A program made the position numbers and the translations under genes. The notes beneath the pieces were generated by a model, which made no database searches, was not told where the DNA came from, and saw only the letters and a program-made list of their open reading frames with translations. Shown here one piece after another: positions 11,486 to 23,167 of a stretch of 64,000 nucleotides of DNA. The stretch is from Lama guanicoe (lineage: Eukaryota). The DNA lies in assembly GCA_013239625.1 (NCBI GenBank), contig MU057202.1:3609101-3673100 (forward strand). The letters run 5' to 3'. Position 1 is the first letter of the stretch, and each line of letters opens with the position of its first letter.

Positions 11486-13879
11486 CCTGGCACCTGCCGG
11501 GTCCACCCCCTGCCACCTGCCCCAGCTGTGCGGACGGTGTCCTGTCGGAGGACGAGTCGATGTTTGAGGTGAGTCATCAGAGCCGGGCAGGCAGTTGCAC
11601 AAAGACGTCACAGTCTGGCCGCCTGCTCCCCCTGCCCCCATCCCCTTACCTGGGCCGCCCTTCCTGGGACCTCGGGGCGCTGAGCAGCTGGCGGACGCCG
11701 GGAGCCCGCTCTCCAGCACGGGAGATGCCTGGGACATGGAGGTAGAGGTGCAGCAGGGGGACCAGTCCTGATGCTGCTGTGGGGTGGGCGGCCCTGAGTG
11801 CCTTTCCCAATCTCGACCTCGTGGGGCAGAAAGGGAGAGAGGAGGGGCCTCTGCCAGCCCGGGGTTCCTCGTAGCCAGAGGCCTCTGTCACCCCGACAGC
11901 CCCCTGGACCTCCGAGCAGCCTGCCCGCCAGCCTGGGGAAGGGGCGGGCGGCCGCAGGGGCTCATGTGATGTGATGGGGGGCGGGCTGGGGGAGGCGCCA
12001 CTGGGGAAGGTCTGCAGCGGCCTGCGGGGCAGCCAGCTGTGTCGCTGTGATAGGGGCTGGCCGGGAAGCGGGCCTGCAGCTGCGCCCCTGCTTCCCCAAC
12101 AGGAACCATCTGGGCCCGGCCCTGCCCGGCCTTCCTCACAGCCACTCCGTCTGACTTTCCAACAGCTTCCTCCTACCGTCCGGCCAGTGACACCCCACCC
12201 ACCCTGAGCCCCGCTGGCCTGGCTGCTGGGTGTGTCTCCTTGACCCGGGTGGGGCCGGGACACAGGCCAGCAGCTGGGGGACCACGTTCATCCTGGCCAA
12301 GCCTTTCACCCCTGCCCCGCCCAGACCTGGTCCTGCCTTCAGCCTGGGGTGGTCTGGGGGTCTCGTCCCCTCCTGCCCTCAGCCAGACTTCCTCAGAGCC
12401 CCCGTTCCAGGGCCAGTGGTTCATGGGCATCAGCTGTGAGTGACCCTGACCTGGACCCCTGGGTGAGCCCTGGTCCTGGCCTGGTCCTGCGCTCTGAGCT
12501 GCCTTCGTCCACTCAGGGCGTTCCCCCTGCGGCCTGGTCCTCACCCGCTGGGCTGGGCCAGAGACCTCCTCTCTGAGCTTGGCTTCTTAGCTGGGGGCTC
12601 CTTGGAGACCCTTACCCCACTTCCTGACGGATTCCTTGGGGAGCAGTGCTGATATGGGCTCACGAGTAGAATTTGGGCTGTTCTCCAGTCTGAGGAGTCC
12701 CAGGCACCACTCAGAGTCCTCAGGCACCACTCAGATCAGAGGCCTAGACGGGGCCTAGAACCCCCTCCCCACTGGGCCTCCAGCAAAGAGGAGGTGAGAC
12801 CCTTCACAGGCACTCAGACAGCCACATAGTGAGGGTGGTGACCACCAGGGGAAGGCCCCTCGAAGGAGGCGGTGCGCCCCTCACCCTCCTCAGTCCCTGG
12901 GGACCCGACCTCGGCTGTAGGCTCAGGGCCTCGGACAGGCCAGAGGTGAGCGGCCCACAGACAGCAGACTGATGCTCGGGCTTCTGTGCTGTGTTGATAG
13001 AACTGAAGTGGAGTTTTAGGTAATTCCTCCCTGTGGCGGGCCGTTCAAGCGGTGCAGAAGGTAAGAACCCCAACCCGCGCCTCCTGGTGTCTTTCCCCAG
13101 AGGCCACCCGTCACAGTAGACGGGCGTCCTTCTAGAATCAGTGCAGGGACAGACCCTGCTCGTTCCTGGAAGGGGTTGCCACGCGCATGGCCTCCCCGCA
13201 GGCAGGTGTGGAGGAGGGTCCCGGGAGCCAGTCCCTGGGCGTCACCGCTGTCCTCAGGGCCCCTCCTTGTTTCCCACGCTCTGACTCAGGGTGGGATTCA
13301 GGGTCAATTTCTCAGCACGCCGGATGCAGTGATCACAGAGGTCCCAGCTCCCAGACTGCTTTGGGAGGGAGCCCCTGCAGGGGAATGCTGAGCGCGGCCG
13401 GCCACGCGGTCCACGTGCAGGGATGCAGCTGTGACTCCCACCGCTGGCAGGACGCTCACGACGGCCTTGTTTTCCAGGCTGCAAGCGGCAGCCTCTCGGA
13501 GCCAGGAAGCCAGAGGGCTGGGGGAGGCCCGGCCCCTCCTCCGTGAAGGCAGCCCAGCGCAGCGGGGGCAGATGTTTGGGGTGGCTTGCACCTGTGGGGA
13601 GCGCCCCAGATGGGGCACTTCCGCTGTCATGAGGAGGCCTCTCGTCCTGCTCGGCTTTCTGATCAGCGGGGCCGACAGAGGTTGGGTTGGAAGTTGCCCG
13701 TGAGACGGGTGTGGGGGCTGCCCGGCCCGTGGTGGCCTCCTTGGGGGTGATGGCTGCTGCCTGCCCCCCCCAGACCGGGCAGTTGGTGTAGGGGAGGAAG
13801 CAGACGTTGGCTGTGGCTTTCGGAGCCGGGCGGCCCCAAGATAAGGGGCTGAGGAGGAAGTGGCTGCAGCGAGGGGGGG
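11486..13879. repeat. Copy 1 of a 2394-bp near-perfect direct duplication (probable assembly artefact)
   Basis: Matches 13967-16360 at offset 2481; the ORF track gives identical translations at that offset; ends directly at the N-gap. Confidence 0.95.
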
Positions 13880-13966
13880 NNNNNNNNNNNNNNNNNNNNN
13901 NNNNNNNNNNNNNNNNNNNNNNNNNNNNNNNNNNNNNNNNNNNNNNNNNNNNNNNNNNNNNNNNNN
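13880..13966. other. Assembly gap (87 N)
   Basis: Run of N. Confidence 0.99.
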
Positions 13967-16360
13967 CCTGGCACCTGCCGGGTCCACCCCCTGCCACCTG
14001 CCCCAGCTGTGCGGACGGTGTCCTGTCGGAGGACGAGTCGATGTTTGAGGTGAGTCATCAGAGCCGGGCAGGCAGTTGCACAAAGACGTCACAGTCTGGC
14101 CGCCTGCTCCCCCTGCCCCCATCCCCTTACCTGGGCCGCCCTTCCTGGGACCTCGGGGCGCTGAGCAGCTGGCGGACGCCGGGAGCCCGCTCTCCAGCAC
14201 GGGAGATGCCTGGGACATGGAGGTAGAGGTGCAGCAGGGGGACCAGTCCTGATGCTGCTGTGGGGTGGGCGGCCCTGAGTGCCTTTCCCAATCTCGACCT
14301 CGTGGGGCAGAAAGGGAGAGAGGAGGGGCCTCTGCCAGCCCGGGGTTCCTCGTAGCCAGAGGCCTCTGTCACCCCGACAGCCCCCTGGACCTCCGAGCAG
14401 CCTGCCCGCCAGCCTGGGGAAGGGGCGGGCGGCCGCAGGGGCTCATGTGATGTGATGGGGGGCGGGCTGGGGGAGGCGCCACTGGGGAAGGTCTGCAGCG
14501 GCCTGCGGGGCAGCCAGCTGTGTCGCTGTGATAGGGGCTGGCCGGGAAGCGGGCCTGCAGCTGCGCCCCTGCTTCCCCAACAGGAACCATCTGGGCCCGG
14601 CCCTGCCCGGCCTTCCTCACAGCCACTCCGTCTGACTTTCCAACAGCTTCCTCCTACCGTCCGGCCAGTGACACCCCACCCACCCTGAGCCCCGCTGGCC
14701 TGGCTGCTGGGTGTGTCTCCTTGACCCGGGTGGGGCCGGGACACAGGCCAGCAGCTGGGGGACCACGTTCATCCTGGCCAAGCCTTTCACCCCTGCCCCG
14801 CCCAGACCTGGTCCTGCCTTCAGCCTGGGGTGGTCTGGGGGTCTCGTCCCCTCCTGCCCTCAGCCAGACTTCCTCAGAGCCCCCGTTCCAGGGCCAGTGG
14901 TTCATGGGCATCAGCTGTGAGTGACCCTGACCTGGACCCCTGGGTGAGCCCTGGTCCTGGCCTGGTCCTGCGCTCTGAGCTGCCTTCGTCCACTCAGGGC
15001 GTTCCCCCTGCGGCCTGGTCCTCACCCGCTGGGCTGGGCCAGAGACCTCCTCTCTGAGCTTGGCTTCTTAGCTGGGGGCTCCTTGGAGACCCTTACCCCA
15101 CTTCCTGACGGATTCCTTGGGGAGCAGTGCTGATATGGGCTCACGAGTAGAATTTGGGCTGTTCTCCAGTCTGAGGAGTCCCAGGCACCACTCAGAGTCC
15201 TCAGGCACCACTCAGATCAGAGGCCTAGACGGGGCCTAGAACCCCCTCCCCACTGGGCCTCCAGCAAAGAGGAGGTGAGACCCTTCACAGGCACTCAGAC
15301 AGCCACATAGTGAGGGTGGTGACCACCAGGGGAAGGCCCCTCGAAGGAGGCGGTGCGCCCCTCACCCTCCTCAGTCCCTGGGGACCCGACCTCGGCTGTA
15401 GGCTCAGGGCCTCGGACAGGCCAGAGGTGAGCGGCCCACAGACAGCAGACTGATGCTCGGGCTTCTGTGCTGTGTTGATAGAACTGAAGTGGAGTTTTAG
15501 GTAATTCCTCCCTGTGGCGGGCCGTTCAAGCGGTGCAGAAGGTAAGAACCCCAACCCGCGCCTCCTGGTGTCTTTCCCCAGAGGCCACCCGTCACAGTAG
15601 ACGGGCGTCCTTCTAGAATCAGTGCAGGGACAGACCCTGCTCGTTCCTGGAAGGGGTTGCCACGCGCATGGCCTCCCCGCAGGCAGGTGTGGAGGAGGGT
15701 CCCGGGAGCCAGTCCCTGGGCGTCACCGCTGTCCTCAGGGCCCCTCCTTGTTTCCCACGCTCTGACTCAGGGTGGGATTCAGGGTCAATTTCTCAGCACG
15801 CCGGATGCAGTGATCACAGAGGTCCCAGCTCCCAGACTGCTTTGGGAGGGAGCCCCTGCAGGGGAATGCTGAGCGCGGCCGGCCACGCGGTCCACGTGCA
15901 GGGATGCAGCTGTGACTCCCACCGCTGGCAGGACGCTCACGACGGCCTTGTTTTCCAGGCTGCAAGCGGCAGCCTCTCGGAGCCAGGAAGCCAGAGGGCT
16001 GGGGGAGGCCCGGCCCCTCCTCCGTGAAGGCAGCCCAGCGCAGCGGGGGCAGATGTTTGGGGTGGCTTGCACCTGTGGGGAGCGCCCCAGATGGGGCACT
16101 TCCGCTGTCATGAGGAGGCCTCTCGTCCTGCTCGGCTTTCTGATCAGCGGGGCCGACAGAGGTTGGGTTGGAAGTTGCCCGTGAGACGGGTGTGGGGGCT
16201 GCCCGGCCCGTGGTGGCCTCCTTGGGGGTGATGGCTGCTGCCTGCCCCCCCCAGACCGGGCAGTTGGTGTAGGGGAGGAAGCAGACGTTGGCTGTGGCTT
16301 TCGGAGCCGGGCGGCCCCAAGATAAGGGGCTGAGGAGGAAGTGGCTGCAGGGAGGGGGGG
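13967..16360. repeat. Copy 2 of the 2394-bp duplication
   Basis: Matches 11486-13879; the only difference I saw is 13870 c versus 16351 g, next to the gap. Confidence 0.95.
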
Positions 16361-16874
16361 ATGGGAGGGTGGTGGGAGGGGGGCGCCCCCACCCCTCCCG
16401 GCCTCAGTGCTGCTCCCTCCAGTGACTGCTGTGTCCAGCACACACCACGGGGGCGGGTCTTCCCTCCCCCACCCCTCCTTCCCTCCTTCCTACGAGCACA
16501 GCACGTTGAGGGCCTTCACGGGGGAACAAGGACAGCCCGCTCCTGCTCTGGGAACCCATGGGAGACAGACATTCAACCAAGAGGCCCCAGTGGACGTGGC
16601 CTGTGGGGCGGTCAGGGAGGTGGTGTGAGACCGTGTCGGGGCTGGGTGCAGAGCGGCCCCTGGGGAGGTGAAGGGGTGCGCTCCAGGCAGAAGCGCCTTG
16701 AGGTGGTCACACCTCCAGGCTTTTGATTCTGAGGATGGCCAGAGAGCTGGAGGGAGGCCAGCAAAGGACAGTGGGGAGGTGGCACTGGGTGGAGGTGGGC
16801 AGGGAAGCCCATCAGGTTGGGTGTCTGATTTCTGTCTCCTCTCCTATCATGTAGGGGCCCCAGGACTGCTGGGT

Positions 16875-17090
16875 GAACGGATGGACGGGAGGGTGGGTGG
16901 ATGGTGGATGGATGGGTAGGTGAGTGAGTGGATAAGAGGTTGGAGGGATGTGTGGAGGAATGGGTGGGTGAGTGGGTGGATGGGTGAGTGGATGGATGGC
17001 TGGGTGGATGGATGGGTAGACGGATGGGTGAAGGATGGATGGGAGGGGGGTGGAAGGGAGGGAAGGTGGGTGGACGGGTGATGGACGGCT
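16875..17090. repeat. Degenerate (TGGA/TGGG)n tetranucleotide tract
   Basis: ggatggatgggtgggtgagtgg-type units throughout. Confidence 0.9.
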
Positions 17091-18189
17091 AGATTAGTGG
17101 AAACAAGATCCTATGCAAATCTCATGCCAGCCTGCTGTAGAGAGGAGGGACCAGGGCTCACAGGGTGACATCCCCAGGCACAAAGCTCCCCAGAGAGGGA
17201 CATAAGTTGCAAGGAAGCCCCAGAGGAAGCCGGGTGGGGAGATGTGGGCTACCTGTGAGCTCAGACAAACCGGCGCCCCCTCACCCAGCGCCAGGTAGGT
17301 GGCTGACCTCTGCCTCTGGGTCAAGAATGAAGTGTGGCCAGGTGGTGTGGTTGACAAGGGTGGGCTCGCTCAGGGCAGACAGGCGAGGAGGCCCAGGCTG
17401 GACACCTGCCCGCAATCCCCAGTCAGGGTGCAGCTGAGCGAACCCAGGGCCACAGGGAAGGTGCCATGAGCATGCTAGGCTGACATGACGAAACTCCGCA
17501 CACGCGAGGCAGGGCTCCGTGGGTCCCAGCGCAGGGGGCACGCTTCCTGGCAGGAGGAGGGAAGCTCTGCTTTGGGGTCCAGAGGCTGGAGCCCATCCCG
17601 GGAACACCCTAGGAGAACGCTGAACCGGCCTCACATGATCTCAACACCCCGGTGCTGTGGAAACCTCGAGCATCTGGTGAAACCCATGAGCCTCTTGGCA
17701 GAACACAAATGTGCTCAGGGAATCACAAAGCAACCCGCTGTGTCCAGAAACAGCGGCCAACGGGCTGAGACCAGCCTGCTGTTCTTGCTACCTGTGCTTC
17801 TGTCCAGCCGTGCTTTCGTCGTGATGAGTGTGAGCTGCATTCTCAGGCGTCACAGCAACTGAAATACGGAGCAAACACCAGATTGGACCCTGTGGGATTC
17901 CCAGTGTCCAGAGCTGTTGGCCTGCATGTGTGGCCAGTGAAGACGACCCTGCTGGCCCGAGGTCATGGACGTGGCTGACACGTGATGCTCACGGTAAGAG
18001 GAGATGCGAAATTTGGTTGGAGGTGGTACAGGTAGGTGTGCCCTTTTCCTCATGCAGGTTCACAGACCCCCTGCACAAGGAGCCACTGATCTAGCTCATC
18101 CTGAAGACCCCTCCCATCCGCTGCCTGGTCCGGGGCCCCCACTGTGCTGGGGGTTCCAGGGTCACATCGCCATGTTCTCTGTCTTTGCT

Positions 18190-18270
18190 GGGTGCTCTTG
18201 GGCGAGTGTCTTAACCTCTCTGGGACTCAGTTTCCTCAACTGGAAAATAGCCCTGAGAGGACTACCTTTG
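18190..18270 (+). mobile_element. MIR SINE fragment
   Basis: cttgggcgagtgtcttaacctctctgggactcagtttcctcaactggaaaatag matches the MIR core. Confidence 0.8.
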
Positions 18271-19434
18271 GAGACCCGGCATGCTAAGGGATGCTCCAGG
18301 CCCGGCTGCCCCGGGCAGGCGTCGGGAGACAGAGGCATGGTGCAGAGTGTCCCCTGGGGTCGGGGACCGGGATGGCCTGTGCCCGGAGGGGCTTCCCAGG
18401 CCAGAGGTGGGTGCAGAATGGGGGAGCCGTGCCCACTTCTCTCACTCTGACCACCACTCACTCCATGAGCAGGATGGCTTCGGGGCTGAGCCTGGTCAGA
18501 GCAGACTCTGAGGACGGAAGTAAGACTGCTGACAGTGAGGGCGATGGCAGCCAAGTCCCCTGCGCTCGGCTGACATGTCTCGTCAGTCTGCTCAGTACCT
18601 GAAGCTAAGACCCCATCCCTGTCCCTGTCGCTGTCACCGTCACCAAGAGGGTGAGCTGCCCGCCCACATCCCCAGCTGGTGCACGGGGCTGGGGCTGGGG
18701 GCTGGGCAGAGTGCACATCAGACCCGGAGCGTGGCTGGGGGGCTAGAGTGGAGGGTGCCTCCCACCCAACCCTTGGTCCCTCTGCTCCTCACCAGCCCCC
18801 ACCCCTCGGGGCATCGAGCCCCGGGAGTCTGTCTACTCCAGGGAACAGGAGACCAGGTGTCAGAAGGGACGCTGAGAGAGTGTCACCTCTGCGTGACCCG
18901 GACGCTCCTGGGGACCCGCCCGCCTGCCTGCAGTGCTCATCCTCCGGATCCTGGGGAGCTGCCCCCCTCCCGCCCGGCTCCCTTGAGCAGCCATGCTGCA
19001 AAGGGGAAAGAACCCCTCCCTGAGGCCACTTTCCCTTTGAGGAGCCCCCGGTGGGGGCTGGGCGGGAGCCGCCTTTGCGGCAGGGCCCTGTCCGGTCCTG
19101 CTTTCTCTCTGACTCTGGCTGAGCCGCCTGCCTGCAGAGACACCCGCGTCTGTCATCTCTGCAACAGGCTGCCACTGCGTCTCCTCTGCGTTTCCTCTGA
19201 CTCCCGGGGCCGTGGGCTTAGTCGACCTGGTGGTGCGTTTGGTCCAGAAAGAGGAGGAAGGGGAAAGCCCTCTGCTGGGCACAGGCGTCACTTATTCCTC
19301 TTTGACCCTCTTCCTCCCCTGCATCCTGCCTCGGGGGTGGCACCAGCTTAAGGAGGGGCTGGAGGTTTATCTGCTAATGTTGTTCAGTGCCTGTCCCTGC
19401 ATTAGGTCAGCTCTGTGGGGCAGGATTTATCTTT

Positions 19435-20040
19435 TTCTTCTAAATAGATTAAATTTTTTAGAGTAGTGCTAGCTTCACAGAAAACTCAAGTGGACAGCAC
19501 AGGGCTTTCCCACACACCTGCTCCCTCACACGTTCGGCCTCCCCCGTCACTGCGCCCCCACCAAGGGTGCGTTTGTGGCAACCGACGGACCTGGCCGTCA
19601 TCCCCAGAGTCCACAGTCCACACCGTGGTCACTCTTAGTGTAGCGTGTACTGTGGGTTTGGACAAATGTGTGGTGTGTGATATGTGCACCCACTGTGCAG
19701 GCTCACACGAGGGTGCACGGCCCTAAACGTCCCCCGAGCTCCCCCGGTGCCCCCCCATTCGTCTTTCCCAGACTGTCACAGGGTTGGAATCACACTGCCG
19801 TTTCAGATTGCCTTCTTGCGCTTAGTAACGTGCGTTTCAGGGTCCTTCTCGTCTTTTCACGGCTTGGCAGCTCTTTTTTTTTCAGTGCTGAATAACGTCC
19901 CAGCGTCTGAATGTCCCACGGTTTACGTGCCCACTCACCTTGAAGGACGTCTTGGCCGTTCCGGGTTTCGGCGGCTGTGAGTGAAGCAGCAGGAGCGGCC
20001 CCCGTGCAGGTCCGTGTGCCTGCGTCCCAGAGCCCCTGAG
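19435..20040 (-). mobile_element. Old LINE-1 3' end (L1MC-like)
   Basis: ttttttagagtagt...ttcacagaaaact...tcccacacacc...agagtccacagtccacac...gtcactctt...gggtttggacaaatgt follows the remembered L1MC 3'-end reverse complement. Confidence 0.8.
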
Positions 20041-20044
20041 CGCC

Positions 20045-20290
20045 CACGTCTCTTCTTATACAGACCCGGGTCAGACGGGGTCAGGGCCGCCCTCCCAGCC
20101 TCATCTTCAAATGCAGTCGCGCCCTGAGGTGCTGAGGGCCAGGGCTCCAGCACGGGCTACGTGGCGACCACGCAGCCTTGAGGGGGGGTGCAGCCTGCGG
20201 ACACTGGGTTCTGGGCTCGTGGCCTCCGGAACTCCGAGAGGATGTGTTTCTCTTGCTGTAAGTCCCCAGACGGTGGTGGCCTGTTGCGCA
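20045..20290. mobile_element. MLT1A-like LTR; 5' half on the minus strand (about 20050-20158), 3' half on the plus strand (about 20165-20290)
   Basis: Reverse complement of 20050-20158 resembles the MLT1A 5' part (gagccctggccctcagcacctcag...gactgcatttgaagat...tataagaagag); 20190-20290 resembles the 3' part (cctgcggacac...ggcctccggaact...tttctcttgctgtaag). Confidence 0.65.
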
Positions 20291-20350
20291 CTCATTTCCA
20301 TTTTACAGATGGGAAGCCAGAGGCCGGTGGCCTGAGTGACCTCCCCACTG
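20291..20350 (-). mobile_element. MIR SINE fragment
   Basis: ccattttacagatgggaagccagaggc...agtgacctcccc. Confidence 0.75.
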
Positions 20351-21694
20351 CGCACGGAGGGCCAGCAGGAGCCCCCACTCCAATGCCATGCCCCGCACAG
20401 TAGCTCACTGAGTGCCTACTGTAAGCTGGGCCCCACTCTCCGTGCTGAGGGGCTGATACAGACCCCTCCGGGTCTGACATTACCACGAGGGGAGGGCGGC
20501 AAGACAAGAAGCAACACAAGCGTGAGGTCGTTACAGAGTGAGGGGTGGGAGGGAAGCAGCCCCGGCAGGGCGTGGGGCTGCAGGTCGGGGGCGTCCCTCG
20601 GAGGGGGCGCAGAGAAGGCTGCGAGCCGCCCAGGGTGTGCCTCACCCACCTGTCTGCAGGGAGCGCTCGCAAGCAGCGCCTGCTGCACGTGCAAAGGCCT
20701 GGAGGCTGGAGCGCCAGGCAGGTTGGCCTCTGGGCCCCTGGTATTTCAGAACCCAGAGGCCAGGGTCCCACCTGCGTCCCCTCCTGTGCCCGGTGCTCCT
20801 TCCTCTGGCCTCTGGTGAAACTGTCACCAGCTTTCCTGGAAGGTGGGGCCCTCCCTGAGCAGGCATAACTGCCTCCCAGGTTGGGGGACAGACTCCCAGG
20901 CTGGCTTGAGGCAAAAAAATGGCACATTGGGACGTATTTGGATGTAAATATTTTCAGCTGTGAGAGGAGCTGGGAGACGAGGTCTTGTTCCTGGGCGTCT
21001 CTGCGGAAGCCAGGAAGCCGGGCCATCTGTCTCCTCTCCGGCAGCCCCCCTCCTCACTGGCAAGGGGGAAGAGTGCACGGGACAGACACTCTCCGCCTGG
21101 CCCCTGGGGCTTCTGGAGCCTGAGGCCCTTCCTCTCGTGGCCGCCAGGTCACCACCAGAGCCTCGCTTTCCCCACCTGGCAAGTGGGGGGCCGTGGGGCA
21201 GCCTGGTGACTTCTGCTCACTCATGGCTCTGCCCCGGGCCGGGGAAGAACCAGGTGGTTGCCTGTGGCCCTGCAGGTAAACCAGATGTCCTGTCTTGATG
21301 TGTTTTCTCTAGGGAGGAGGAGGGCTCAGCTGCCTCCTCTGGCTGCAGGAGGACCCCAGGATTTCACTCCTCCCCCCACCAGACCGAGTCTCCTCCCAGC
21401 AGAGCCCGAGAGACGGGAGTGGCATCAGGTCTCAGACTGGACGGGGTCGGGGGAAGCCCACACTCCCAACCCTTCCCTGGGGTCTCCCCATTTCCCACTC
21501 AGGACCCATCAGGCTGCCTCCATGCTCATCTCCAGCTGTGGCTCTGGCAGTCTTTATGGAATCCCTGTCCCCCAGAACCCCTCACCATGTGCTAGTTGTA
21601 AGGTCGTGGGTGAGTTGAGCTAGCAATGTCCCTGGAGATGGCTCAGTGCAGCAACTTCAGACTGGGCTGCCGTGGAGGGGCGCTGGGTCCTGTC

Positions 21695-21790
21695 CAGTTT
21701 CAACTGAGGAAACAGGCCCCGCAGGGGTGGTTTCAGGACTGGCCCCAGGTCACCAGGCAGGGAGTGGCAGAGCCATCCTGGTCTCCTCTT
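21695..21790 (-). mobile_element. MIR SINE fragment
   Basis: caactgaggaaacaggccc...ggccccaggtcaccaggcagggagtggcagagcc. Confidence 0.65.
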
Positions 21791-21879
21791 CACATTCTCT
21801 CCCCATCACTGGCCTCCAGGCAGGGCTGGAGTGGACCAGGTTGAGCCCAGGGGTTCACAGGTACTAAATTTTGCATTTC

Positions 21880-22240
21880 CACTGGGATGCTTTCAGCTGC
21901 AGGTAATAGGCTGTCTAGCCAACAGTGGCTTATCAAACACACACATGAATTCTCTGGGAACCTGGGGAAGGTGGTGCCGGACTAGGTGCAGTGAGTCAGT
22001 GATGCCATCAGGGACCCTGGCTCCTTCCATCTTTATACTCTGCCATCCCAAGGGCTGGCTTGTTGCCTCATGGCTCCAAAACGGCTGCTGTGGCTCTAAC
22101 TATCGTGACTTCTGACCACTGCATTTAAAGAAGGACAAAAAGGAGCCAGGGAGAAAAATCTTTCCCAGAAACCTTCAGGCAGTTCTCTGCTTCCAGCTTA
22201 TTGCCTAAACTGTAGCTGTGTCAAGCTGCGAGGGAGGCTG
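21880..22240 (-). mobile_element. Old MLT1 (J/K/L-like) LTR
   Basis: ggatgctttcagctgcaggtaatag...aacagtggctta...gatgccatcagggaccctggctccttccatc...tctgccatcc...atggctccaaaacggctgc. Confidence 0.65.
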
Positions 22241-23138
22241 GGAACATCCCGTGAAGCCCCTTTGGGAGGGGATAAGATGGCCATGTGCACTTGGGAGGGA
22301 AGGGAAGGGGACCAGGGCTCAAAGGAGGCAGGAGTGGCAGGACCAGAGGAGAGGAGAGGCTTCCCTGAGGTGGGGCAGGGTGGATTTAGGAGGGAAGGGT
22401 GGAGGCCTGGGTTCAGGTGGCACTCAGCTCCAGTACCGTAGGGAGCTGAGGGTGTGTCAAGGGGGTGACACCAGCCCCTGCCTCAGTGATAGCGCCCTGG
22501 GCCCTGCTGGGCCCTGGGGCTCCAGGCCGGACCCTTCACAGCTGGCCTGGGCGTGGACAACACATCCTGGAAGGGCGGTGATGGGCTGGGGGCCTGTCCT
22601 CGCGAGGGGCTCCGGGCAGCTCTCTGGGACTCAGATGAAGTGAGTTGTTCCTTACTCCCGGGGGCTGGGGAGCAAACTCACACCTACAGAGTGAAGGTGC
22701 TTTCTGGTTCTGGTTACATGCCCTGCCTGGCCGAACCCAACCCTGCTGCTGCTGATCAGGGACACGCTGGGGCACCTGCTGTCCCCTTAGTACAAGGGGA
22801 CCCTCAGGGATGCCTTCCTCCTTTGCCTGCCACCTACCAAGGGCTTAAAAGAGGCTAGCTTCAAAATTTGTCCTGAAAATCTCGATTTTGCTTTTAGAAT
22901 GGAGATTCCCTGCTTCTTTTAGCTGCTACTTCAGGCACCAAATGTTGATACCTACGCTTATGGAGGGCAGGCGTGTGTCTCCTCATGGCCACGTTCCTCC
23001 CACGGCCGGGCTCCCGGAGCCATGCTGGCCGCCTGGGAGGTGATCAATCAGAACTCGCCGAGGGGGCGAAGGGAGCCCTGTGTGAATTGTAGCCTCCCCG
23101 ACAAGGCCTGGGAGGCCGGTGCTCTGGGTCTGGCTACA

Positions 23139-23167
23139 CATGTGTGTGTGTGTGTCTGTGTGTGTGT
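23139..23167. repeat. (TG)n microsatellite
   Basis: Nearly pure TG run with one interruption. Confidence 0.9.

Noticed and set aside
11486-16360. Genuine recent segmental duplication
   Set aside because: Gap lies exactly at the junction and identity is near total, which favours an assembly overlap; not formally excluded without reads
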